Shown here: positions 1-11,020 of the stretch, in pieces
Layout: the number at the start of each line of letters is the position of its first letter
How positions within the stretch are numbered: position 1 is the first letter of the stretch
DNA from: Raillietiella orientalis
Lineage: Eukaryota
Length of the DNA stretch: 64,000 nucleotides
Assembly (NCBI GenBank): GCA_036172245.1
Contig: JAYWIR010000010.1
Coordinates: forward strand, 3,100,001 to 3,164,000
Direction: 5' to 3'
The notes under the pieces: model-generated
What the model was told of the DNA's origin: nothing
Databases searched by the model: none
What the model saw: only the letters and a program-made list of their open reading frames with translations
Position numbers and translations under genes: made by a program

Positions 1-1860
1 GACAGGTATCCCAAAATTACCCAGAAGAATTGGGCGCTTGCGACCTGCAATCAACCTGTATTCGTCTTTGATCCCCGCTCAGATCTGGTTCTGTACTGCA
101 GGGAGCTATGTGATGATTCTGGAAGTCTCATTCCTCTGAGAAGGTTGCCCGGCGACTTTGCTGGAGATCAGACAAATGGAAGAAAGCACACAGCTAGTGC
201 CCCACTTCTTGGCCGAATGCGTCCCTGCGTCAACTGGCCCCCAGTCCGGCCAGCGGAGGGTGAGTTTGTTTTACACACTTATACAAACTTTACATTCTTA
301 GTCTACAATTTCAATAGGGTTACTGAAGGTGGAGGACAGTTCACTCGCTTGGATACCATCCGTTATCTTTTTCAAGATATAACTATATGTCCATTTGGGT
401 ATTTCGCCGCGGTTCCTGAGTCCTATTTGACCAGTCCTTGCACTATGTTTATGGCCGACACTCTTGCTCCCGTGTTCCTCATCTTTGCCCTTCTTATCAC
501 GATTCTCTTGATAAAGAGGGCTATGATGGTGCGAACCATGGGATTGTTATCGGGGGACTTTTCCGTCCCCTTCAAACATTCTCGCTAAGATCTTCATCCA
601 CGTGTGCATCTGTAGTCCGGTCACTGCCTTTAGAGTCATCCAATCTTGACCAAGCGTCGGACAGGTGAGAACATGGAGTCAATTCTCCTTATCCCCACAT
701 GCTTTGCAGATCTCATCTTGTCTATCACCGGTGTACCGCTTATGATGCCTCTGTGGTAGAACATCAGGAGATCATCTTGAGTGCCAAGTGGCAAATCGCT
801 TCGCCACACGACCTATCCAACCTCACGAAAACGCACGTTGTGGCATTTGTAGCGGCTAGAAGCGGTGGCAAGTGTATCATTTTGTTGTCTTCGCATATAC
901 AGAAGACTTTTGAAGTTTTCTTTGTTCACCCAGACCACGCGTTATTCTGGTGCGTTCACACCTCGCGCGTCTTGTGGGTGAATCTTCCCGTCATTTCCTG
1001 GAAGTACTGGAACATTCGCATTTTGTGGCGATTGCCACCAATAGCGAAATGTTCACAGTCTTGTATTAGCCTTCTCGACCTACGACACATCCAAGACTGC
1101 ATCTCCCGCAGAACTGGGATGAAGCAGGGAATCACTGAGGCCAACTCTTCTCCCTAGATTTCCTTGCTTCGGAGCGCGATTTTCAGGTGATCCATTCTCA
1201 CCAGTGCCTGCTTCCTCTTCCAGGTGTGACCAACTTCGTTCCGCTCAAAAGTTTTGCCTATGAGCACGACATCAGGCCACTCCAGTTGTTCAACAGCTTC
1301 GAGTGCTCCCGGTGCACTGCAAAGGTCCACTCATCCCGTTTCTCGGCAAGTTCCAGGATTTACAATGTTTCCAGAATTTGCACGGATTACTGAAGAGGCT
1401 TCATTCTAGTCCCGCCTTCCCCCTTCGGGAGTCAGAAGGTCTTGAGCTTCGAGGCTTGCACTCCCTCCACAGAATCTTCCTTTGTCAAACTTCTATTCGG
1501 GTTTTCTTGTTCAATCTGCAAAAGACCGCTCCATAGAGTATCTTGGGAAGGAGCACTCCGTTCCACAAGTTGGCAATCCGCTTCAAGCTGAATTCTACCC
1601 AAGCATACTTCGCAGCTTCTTTATCTTCCCTTAGGATTTCTTTCCATATTGCTTGTGAATCGTCCCTTCTCCAATGAGAGCACTGGTGGTATACTGGGGA
1701 TGCTGCAACCCAGGGAACAGCGCAATGGTAAGAAAGCTCAGGATTCTTCGGCACCAAACGGAACGCATCAGGAAGGAAATGGTATGTGCCGCGACATCCA
1801 ATTCTCCAGTGGCATTTTTTGGAAGCATCACCTAGGGCGGCTCCTCCCCCCACATATGTA
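1..1860 (-). mobile_element. Heavily decayed non-LTR retrotransposon ORF2 relic (endonuclease to RT, L1/Tx1-like)
   Basis: Minus-strand fragments in different frames follow LINE ORF2 order: DAFRLVPKNPELSY (endonuclease DxWR-like), RRLIQDCEHFAIGGNR (LIHPDQTGFxxGR-like), GIRRIDSMFSP (GVRQGCPLSP-like), LGNFGIP (KYLGIP-like) at the window edge. Many stops and frameshifts; boundaries approximate. Confidence 0.45.
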
Positions 1861-1983
1861 AGAAGTTTAATGCTACCATTAGAAAATGAACCTATCGTTT
1901 AATGGAGCTGCAGGTTATAGTGACTGTGCATATAGTGATTATCTACAGTCATGCATTCACATGCACTGAGGATCGAGTTTTCA

Positions 1984-3130
1984 GTTGTTTCCCACCCGGG
2001 TGCGCCAGGCGTTTATTTCTAAACTATCCGGGAACAGGGTTCCCGGACAAAGGACACAGAGAAACGAAGGGAGGGCTCCCCGACACTCAGGTCGGTAAAT
2101 GCGAAAGTCCGGAACGGGAGGGAGGGGACCATAAATGCTCATATAAAAAATATAAATAAAGATATGGAGAGATTAGGGGACAGGTATGTTTGGCTTCGGT
2201 CTTTGCTTTCCCTCAGAACCGGAGGTAGATGCCGGAGATCTCGCTCCTCACGTCTTTTGGAAGATGGGCCCACTCAGCTGCCGACGTCAGGTTCTCGTCG
2301 GCTATTCTGGTGGCCTGTCTTCGAATCGACAGCTTCTCCAGCTCTCGGTGGGCCTTGTCGATGGCGCGGGTGCAACAGACCGTTGCGATAACAGCATCTA
2401 AGGACAGGCCGCCTGTGAAAGAAGAAGTAGAAGCGGCGCATCAAGTCTCTTGCGGTGTCCTCCTGGTGCAGGAGAGTTGAGGCCAGCCACAGTCCTTGGA
2501 GGGCACTGCAGTCCAAGAGCGGGTGCGGGAGCGTTTCCACTTTCCCGCACCGCTTACAGTTCGGGGAGACGACTCCCCCGGAAACACGGTTAATCCGCTG
2601 GTTCCAATGGAAACCCCAATGCACCAACAGGATGACATCTTGTTTCCACGTAAGGGGGAACACAGAAGTGTTCAAACAGGAGGGAGGGACCAAAAGTTCT
2701 TCGGGGGGCACCATCAAATGTTCGCTCCACCGAAGGAGTCCTTTCGGGATGTTGCGAGGCGTGGCGGCGTCGGCCAGCTCGCAAGTTCTCCAGCCGTCTA
2801 TGGGTCGGGTTGCTCCTGCGATGGTGCAGGCGACCTCCCACCTCGCCGGTAGGCAACTATCACTTGTCCGGAGGGCTGACAGAGCTTCGGCGATGGACGT
2901 GACGGCCAGGCGAGTCCACTTCTCCTGGTTGTTCATGACCTCCTCCCCCGTACAGTACGGAGAGAGGTTGACGCAACGGAGTTCCAAACGGGAAACATCC
3001 TGTTGCCTTGTCCAGGCATGCAACGGCTCCTGCCTCCAGGCGTTGAAGGCGTTGAGTTTTCAGTTGTCTTGCACAGATGTAGTGATGGATTCTTTACAGA
3101 GGATGACTACTGTGTGCTGAGAGTGATCCG
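1984..3130 (-). mobile_element. 5'-truncated L1/Tx1-like LINE: C-terminal zinc-knuckle region plus 3' UTR
   Basis: ORF 2274..3023(-) contains SPNCKRCGKVETLPHPLLDC, the CxxC-x7-H-x4-C motif of L1/Tx1 ORF2 C-termini. It aligns with ORF 48384..48857 (FPLTWKQDVILLVHW vs FPLRWKQDALLIPHW). The 3' UTR at about 1984-2185 has AATAAA on the minus strand and is shared with the copy at 34284-34485. Confidence 0.8.
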
Positions 3131-4599
3131 GATGAATCCGAAAAAATCACTTTACAGGAATGTGCATGTGAACTTTTTACTTAGAGAATGGTCCAGCAAC
3201 AGTGCCGCGAGCAACTGTCAGCCTCCCTGACGAATGCGAAACCGCTAACTCTGTGCAAACTGGACGTCCAGAAATCGTTTCAGTCCTCTCAAAGAGATTG
3301 CAACTTTTGTCACAATTTACCTCACATTCCGTTTCCTTATCCCTCTGTCCTGCTTTCGTCACTAATAGCTGAAACGAGGAGAGCGGCACAACCAGATGGA
3401 AAAAGTTTTTTCCCTTCAGTAGCTTCTGCACAGAACAGTGTCAGAACAGCAAAAGTTGGAATTTTGCAGTGCGCGGTTATTTTGCACGTGTGAGTATGCA
3501 GGAAAGAAAAAAAAAAAAAAAAACCTGCCGTCGCGTGTGTGTCTTCATGTATCGCATAAGCAGAACCGATGAACTTGTGCACGTTTAAGATCCTCAGCAT
3601 TCAAGGGCTGAGAAATTCGTCGTTCCTACGGCATCATAAATGATGGATTATGGATTGTTCCTACTTGCTGTACTTGACTTTCATGTGTATTTTCCGAAAA
3701 TGCTCATTACTGACTTAATTTTAATGATCTACAAGAAGAGCATGCCTTCAGTTATACCCTCACGTATGAATTCTGGAGCTGTTTGCCCTATTCATCCGAG
3801 GAGCACTGAGCCCCTAGAAAAGGAATCTCATCATAGGTTTTGGAAAAATTCCTCTTTCTAAGAAATATCTTCTCCTATTCAGTAATTTTCGTGGCTCACC
3901 ATTTCAAGAATAATCACAATTACTATTGAAATGACGCATATCTCTACATACATACCTTCCTTCTGGTTCCATTGCTTTTCCGGATGGGTATTTCTTGCTA
4001 GTAGCTTGAAATTACAAGTCTGGCTCATCGAAGCCCAATACACATGCGAATCTCTAATTTTTCCGAAGAGCAATCTTCAATCGTCTAAAAGCATGATCAT
4101 TTACAGCGCTACGAAACGCTCGTGGTGAGAAATCCAATGGCAAGGAGTCGGCGGCAGTCCAGAAACTCTGAGCTCTGCAGCACTCTGGGCTGCTTCTGAA
4201 ACATACCAGTGAGGCTTGAGAAAAAGCAAAGGGATACCTTTCCCCATTAGATTTCACAGAGCGTCCTGTTCTCCGTTCAGTTGACTCTGAGATGTGTTTA
4301 CAGCATTCATATAGTAGAAATCCTAGATCCGAAAGAAAAATCCAAGAGGCAGATGAATGAGAGGTCAGCCTTTCGTTTTCTGTCTTGATGTATCAGTTCC
4401 TTCAAGGTGGCCGATGTTTGTACAATAAATGGAAGAATCACGATTAAGACTCCCAGTGGTTCACGCGGAGCACTCTGCAGAATATCCACTATTTGGAAAA
4501 GAAATAGTGGTTGCGACTGTGCAACACGTCGACTTTGGCTGGTTCTTCTCAAACGCGAGATGGCAAAACTAAGAGCTAGGAAAAAACTCACCTCTGTAG

Positions 4600-5340
4600 A
4601 GAAAACAGCTTCGTTTTCTCACTGTGCATGAGCAATTTGATGTCATTTAAAGAAATCCCAAAGACTCCTCCATTTCCTACCGGAATCCACATGGCAACGA
4701 CCAGTGAGAGCAACGCCAACTATTTCGACGAATGGACAAACTTGGAAAAATCCTTAGGTGATAACTCGTTGGTTTTATGAGACGGCGCTCTGGCTAATTG
4801 AACCAATCAATCATGGCAGGGTATAATGGATGGAAGTGACATTTGAATACGCTTTCATGGATTAGCTAAGTGGAAGGAGAATTTTGGAAGATGTCCAAAA
4901 GCAGCAATGTATCCGCTCTTCAGTCTTTTTCGTTCCAACATAACTGGCAGTTCAACATGGCATCAGATATCCCACGTACACCTTCCAGAGTTTAGACTAA
5001 TTCAAATTCTCATAGATGACTTCTTTGTAGCACCTTGCCAACTCCACAGAGATGTTCATGCTTGCCTGGATCGGTTTTTTGAGGGCCCATCTTTCTTCGA
5101 ACCCCTCAGAACCACTAGCAGACGAGCAGTCGCCACTATTTGCTCTTCAGTTCTGTAGACAATGGGATTCTTCTATTATGGCGAAGAAACCAAATCTCAT
5201 GAACACTCAAAGGTTGACCAAAGATTCGCGATCGCGCCAAACGCATTTCCTGCAATTTCTTTTGCTGTCTCCTGGCTTTCAGTCGGAGGCAAACAGAGTG
5301 CGAAAGATGTTTGAGCAAAAAGCTAGTTTTCAAGCAGAGT
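4600..5340 (+). mobile_element. Very degenerate LINE reverse-transcriptase relic
   Basis: Plus-strand remnants LVGFMRRRS, DVQKQQCIRSSVFF and QILIDDFFVA occur in the order expected for QxGFxxGRS, GVRQGCPLSPLLF and YADD. Motif resemblance only. Confidence 0.3.
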
Positions 5341-5394
5341 TCTGAAAGAATCCACAACAAGGAAAAGCGCTTAATAATAATTTTGCCCGCGTCG

Positions 5395-5460
5395 GGGGCC
5401 GTGTGGTTACGGTGGTCTCCGCGCGTGGCACCACCAAGCGTCATGGGTTCGAATACTCCG
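5395..5460 (+). other. tRNA-like (pol III A/B box) head, possible SINE 5' end
   Basis: GGCCGTG-TGGTTACGGTGG (A-box-like) followed at tRNA-like spacing by GGGTTCGAATAC (B-box-like). It does not fold into a complete cloverleaf by eye, and there is no second copy in the window. Confidence 0.3.
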
Positions 5461-5649
5461 AAGGAATCGAAGGGGCAGTGCGTCGTGGGTTCCGAATTCA
5501 CCCCACAAGATGACGCTGGCTGGCCTACATTCATCCGGGTGCGGCACTGGTAGCGGTTAAAACCGGATGCTCTTGACGAGGACCGGGACAGAGCTCCCAC
5601 TCCGGGTCCCTCCATGAATCACGGAGTGGGAGCTCCCCTCCGGTTGTGA

Positions 5650-6130
5650 AGAAGCGAACCCCCCATTCTGGGGGACCCTCGGCGTCGTACTGATGGAGTA
5701 GATGTGTCGACACCACCTCTCCAGAGAGAGCAGAGACGCGAGCCGATCCCTTCGGGGAAGCTGCGTCCTTCTCAATTTCGGAAGCGTTCCTTCTGTGTTC
5801 TCTTCTGAGGAATAAACAGGAGCGAATCCCTTTCGGGGGATCCCTCCGGAGAAGAAATTCCAGGATCGAATCCTCTCCGGGTTCCCTTCAGGGAAGAAAG
5901 AATGGAGCGGATCCCCCCGGGGGTCCTCCGGAGAGAATAAGGAAGGAGAGATTCCTTTCTGGATTCCCCTTCGGAGACAACCAGGGTGGAGATGATCTCC
6001 ATTTCCGGGGAGCCCTCCCCAGGCGTGAGAGGAACAGACTCCGAGTCCTTCCTGGATTCATATCTTCAAGATAGGAGGACCCCTCCCGGGGTACCCTCTA
6101 CCTTGAAGAATTACCCACCCTCGGGTGGCG
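5650..6130. repeat. Degenerate GC-rich tandem repeat, period about 42 bp, about 10 units
   Basis: Related units start near 5651, 5740, 5780, 5819, 5863, 5904, 5945, 5988 and 6074. Examples: GGAGCGAATCCCTTTCGGGGGATCCCTCCGGAGAAGAA, GGAGCGGATCCCCCCGGGGGTCCTCCGGAGAGAATAA, GGAGAGATTCCTTTCTGGATTCCCCTTCGGAGACAA. Confidence 0.55.
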
Positions 6131-8559
6131 TGGAACCGTGTCGAAGAACTGCGAAGGCAGAAAAGAAGCATTTCCATCATGCTGATGCTTTTCTTTCTGA
6201 GATGGAATCCTTCGCTCTTTCTAATTCGGTGGAACATTTGCTAACAAATGATGGATATCTCATCCGAAGAATTCATTGCTTGAATAGTGAAGAATTCAAC
6301 TATTTAAACGCATGTATTGCTTCTTCTTGTAAGTTTCTGAACATGTACATGTGGAACATTGTACATGTGGTAACATTAAATCAACAGACGACAAAAAGGG
6401 TAAAATGTTTAGAGCACTAAAGCATGTTTTATTATAAAAGATGATGAAGATGGTAGGTCCAACAGTAAAGAAGTTCCATTATGCGTTTTTAAAGCATTGG
6501 TGATTTCAGCTGACTTTGTTTTCTGCATTTGTTCCCAACCCATTTCACGCATGTTCGGAAAAGGATCACATGGAAGAGTTAGAAATTTAAACTTGTCATA
6601 GGAGGTATGTTTCTGTGGCTGACACCGCTGCCGTATGAAATGTCAAAGAGATCTATTACTACAATAAAAGGATCTCAAGTTTCCATCTTTTTATTTTCTT
6701 CATCTGATACCTTCCAGATATAGAGCACCCACACTGAGTGCATTACGGAACCAGAGGTTCTCTTTGAGATAAGTTCCGTGATAGCAGAAGATGTAAAAAT
6801 AATCGGTCTAAGTAAAACAAAAAAAAAACATTTGCCACAAAGAAACAGTTTTATTGCTATCAGAATCAAGAAACAAAAGAAATGAAAAGGGCTTATAATA
6901 AAATCACAGATGCTTAAGTTCCCGCGGGTTTTGGCGAGCCAACTTTAAATGTGCAAGAACGCAGTAGCTGTAAAAGTGTATTATTCTTATTGCAAAGGCA
7001 ACAGACACTTTAAATTCCCTAATTATTTTATTTTGGAAGAATGATCTTATTGATTGAAGATTCCCATTGAGAAGTTCCCATTCTGAAAGAAGAGCAATTG
7101 TATCTCTTTACCTGGCCCGCTATTAAGCAGCATTGATATTTTTATTCCAAACCCATTCGAATCTCCAGAAATGGATGCTGTACATTCCTTCTCATACCTC
7201 GGGATAAATTTTTTCTAAGACAGGATCTTTTGGTCACACCTTTTTAGGAAGGTTTACAGTGACGGATGTTTTGATTCACATGTCATTCACTGTAGCGTTC
7301 CACTTCACTCCATTTCGTTTTTATTGTACTTCTTTTTAAAGTGCAGAAGTATAGGCAGCCATTTTTGCTGTTCTCACTTCGTTACCTAGACGCAGAGGTG
7401 CATGCATTCTGAACCAGTTGTGATCTCGGGAATCTTTAGCAGAGTTCCGCTGCAGAGGCATCTTTCTTGGGACACTCTTGCATTTTTTTTTTCCATTAAG
7501 TTAAAGCAGCTTGGGCACCGCCAGCTTTCCTTATTTTCAAAATTTCCATGCATGAATCTCCAGACTGCAGAATCCCATTAATAAGCAAGATAATAAATGA
7601 TTTTGGGGTTTATAAATTTCTACTAAATTATGTACATCCCAATCTCACTCTTGAAGTAGCTGTCTGCCTAACCTACGAGGAAGATATGCGCTTTTTGCAG
7701 GAAAGCAAATCATTCATTAAAATTTAATTTATAATAGATAAATCTTTTCCAGCAGATCTATCCCATTAATCACACGTTTTCTTTAATTGAAAACAGTCTT
7801 CAATACATTCCGTATGACATATATCTAATAAAATAATTACCATTCAGTCGAATTTACATGTTTATCTGTAACTCTGGGGATTTTTTATATCTGTGACTGC
7901 ATCGTTAATTTACGAATACCATACATGTAAAGAACGTGAATGAATATGTAATATTTTATATTTCAGTAAGGCATGACAAAAGTTTATCAAAAAACATTAG
8001 AAATGGGATGAAGAAGGACAGTGACTCTTAGCTTCCAGTATATGCACTTACCATCTAATGCAAAATGAAAAGCAACAGATTTAGTAACGTTCATCAGAGG
8101 ATGATATAGAAGGGACTGCTGTAGAAAGACATGAGAATGGCCGACACTCAATCTGGGGAAGTTTTTCCTCTACCTCTTTCCCTTATTGCGCCTACTCCAG
8201 AGCGGCATCCCCAATTTTTTTTCCCCTTTTTTAGCAAAGCAGGATTTTTGCTGGGTTATTATGGAGTCAACCTTTTCCTCCTTTGATAGAGCTCTCCATT
8301 CCTGGACTGATTCTTGACTTTACTTTCGTTGGCAAATGCAAGAGCTAATTCATATTGTCCAGAGTGTATCCCTTCCTTATTTCGAGATCCTGTGCCTTGA
8401 GTCGTGTCCAGACAGGATGTAATCTCCTCACGTTCTTCCGAGACAGTGGCTTTCAGTCACTTGCTGTGGCTGATTAGTAGTACCACTCTTCTTTTTGGAT
8501 AGATGTTTGTCCTTTAGTAGTCATGCGTATTCAAAACCCTCTTGAGCATTCCTCAAACT

Positions 8560-9600
8560 AGGAGGATTAGAAGACTGCGATTTCGTATCTAGAGTTTTCG
8601 TCGATCCCCTGATTGCACCTTAATTTTCCCATCTTTCTTTTTCTAGATGCTCTAAAAGACTGTGTTTTCCTTTTCATCCGTTCGAGACTCGAAATGCATT
8701 GCATCGTGGAATGATTTAATAATTTAATCCAGGAATCCAACACCATTTTTACACTGAGGTGGTGCTTGCATCGGCAAGAGGACACGAATTCAAGGAAGTC
8801 CGTTGAGGTCAAAGTTGCTGCTATCACTCGCTGTTTCAGTAGGAAATCGCAAGATGAAGAAGTGCATGTGTTTCGCCCCACATTTACTGCAAGGTCTCCA
8901 AATCTGGAGACTCTGCAGTGTTGAGAAGAATGTTCTGTTGCAAACTTTAAAGATCCGTGACTTTAAGGTCCACTTCCCACTGCTTGAGACCCTTTGAAAC
9001 GCTTTCTCGAGATCATGCACGGGAGAACTTGGTGTGCGTTCGTCTGTGACTTCTCCAAACCTCCTGTAGCATTACTTGATGTGATCTATGCTGATGTTTG
9101 AAAACGAAAGGAATCGCGAAAACCGCAGCACAGCTTTTTAGCAGCTGCACGAATTGATTCAGATCTTCAAAACTTTGGACCCCAAAGTACTCTGGAACCA
9201 GAAGGAAACCCAAATTCCATTCCGGTGGACTTCTGATTGGGAATTTGTCTTCAGTTTTGAACGATCTTTTTGAAATATCATTTAAAGCTCCATTTCGCGT
9301 TTCCATCACACACTGTCGTTCTTATAATAATGCTAACACTGTAAGTATTGTGATGCCTCAGTGAGATCAAGATTGAGGAGCATAAATCTTTGTGCCGGTT
9401 CCTTTGTAATGAGAATTCAGTCAAGTCAGTATGCATTGTAACACATCCATGTTGTCTCCGCATAATCCTTCTTCATTTCTCACCTTCAAAAAAGCTGCGT
9501 GACAGTGAAAGACTAAAGGATTTCGTAGTCTCAAACTTGTATGACCCCCTGGATCTGACATTTCTACCAGTTTCTCCCCCCTCAATTTTAGAGATCGTGG
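8560..9600 (-). mobile_element. Decayed LINE reverse-transcriptase relic
   Basis: ORF 8790..9020(-) begins HDLEKAFQRV, matching the non-LTR RT motif DLEKAFDRV. An upstream CGFR remnant is present; otherwise the region is disrupted. Confidence 0.45.
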
Positions 9601-10299
9601 TTTGCTTGTATCTACTTAAAGACCTTTAAGACCTTGAATGAGATGCAATTCACTCCCAGTTGATCAAGGTTGCCGATGTACTTTTTCACGCTGAGTTTTT
9701 TACCGTGTTTTTCAAACGACGAGACATTTGCAGGCATTCAATGCCTTGTCAGCATAACGGTTACGTGCGGCTGAGCAGCACGTCTCCGGTGCCAACTATG
9801 CATCACCGAAGATTACACAAATTACTTTGTCTTCTACACCGTAAATCATAAATTCTACGAAGAGTATAAAATAGGTTGTCTACAGCTTTGGCTTCAGCAA
9901 AGCGCTTGCAATGCACGGCTTAAACTGCAGTCTCCATTGCAAATTTAGAATACCAATGCAAACCGAAGATTTATCGTAAAATAATGTGTCAAAGATGTAT
10001 GAATGAATGACAAAAGGGAAAACCTTGTATGAAGAGTTTTAATCTTCCATTGCAGTTGCGTGGACATCCTAGAAAGTACGAGAATTCAATCATTCGTATG
10101 TTGGCATTCGCTCACTTGGCTGCCCAGAATTCGTATCGACACTTCCACCTGCATCCAGATTTACCTTATGCAGATTTGTATTTTGCACTTCCTCATTTTG
10201 CATACGCATTCAGTGCACATCGTGCACACATTACTTTGCTCATGAAAGCCTCGGATGCAGCGATCAGACGCTCCTTTTTTTACCACTTCGCCCACGGTG

Positions 10300-11020
10300 A
10301 ATGACGTAGCAGATGTGACTTGGCTGGTCGTAATGCTAAGCAGATTGTACGCCTTCGTAGGCGTTGGCTGAACTCTGTTTTCCTTGCATTTCATCACATC
10401 TTGACACACCGTCGTGAAAAACTCCGCCTGCTTTATTCTCCAAGAGATTTGGGTTTCAAACAGGCAAACGCAAACTGCTGCCATGCAGCAAATATTTTTC
10501 TTATCTCGAGATTAAATAAATTTGCATTTAGGAAAAAAGTCGGGCTCGATTTTAGCTTGAGAGAAATGTCCCGAGGCCGTCCGATGATTCATCTTCCTTA
10601 CTCTGTTCGTCATACGATGCTTTCTTCCCATACTGTAGGAGACGAATGGGATTCACAGGAGGTCAAATTTTGAACAAATTGGAAGTCCATGTTGAAAGAA
10701 ATCATGAAACACACAAAGGAAGAGTCCTCAAATGATCCGAGAACAGCTCAAAAGTATTCCCTTCAGAGCTCAGTCCTCGGTTATTTATAATAATAAAAAT
10801 GCATTTTCTTCACTTGAGCAGCTTGAAAAGCTCATATGGATTCCCTCCTCAATGAAGCACAAGGACTTTTTTGACCCATTACCAGGCACTTACGATTATA
10901 GACTGAAGACGGGGACTGTAAACGCAACTTCAGAGGTGTCAGTTTCTGATTCACATCAACTGAATTTTACAGTAGCATTCGAACCCGCCTTCTATTCCAA
11001 TGTCTTGAAAGAGGAGCGCT
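10300..11020 (+). mobile_element. Decayed LINE reverse-transcriptase relic
   Basis: ORF 10320..10673 reads HILTHRREKLRLLYSPRDLGFKQANANCCHAANIFLISRL...VGLDFS, resembling KILxxRL..ISPxQxGF..GRSCxDNIF...LDFxKAFD. Confidence 0.35.

Noticed and set aside
5560..5600. HDV-like ribozyme around minus-strand TCCTCGT
   Set aside because: No P3 pairing around the loop, and no P1/P2 pseudoknot could be built by eye.
5650..6130. CRISPR-like array
   Set aside because: Eukaryotic context, no cas genes, and the units are degenerate along their whole length rather than identical repeats with unique spacers.
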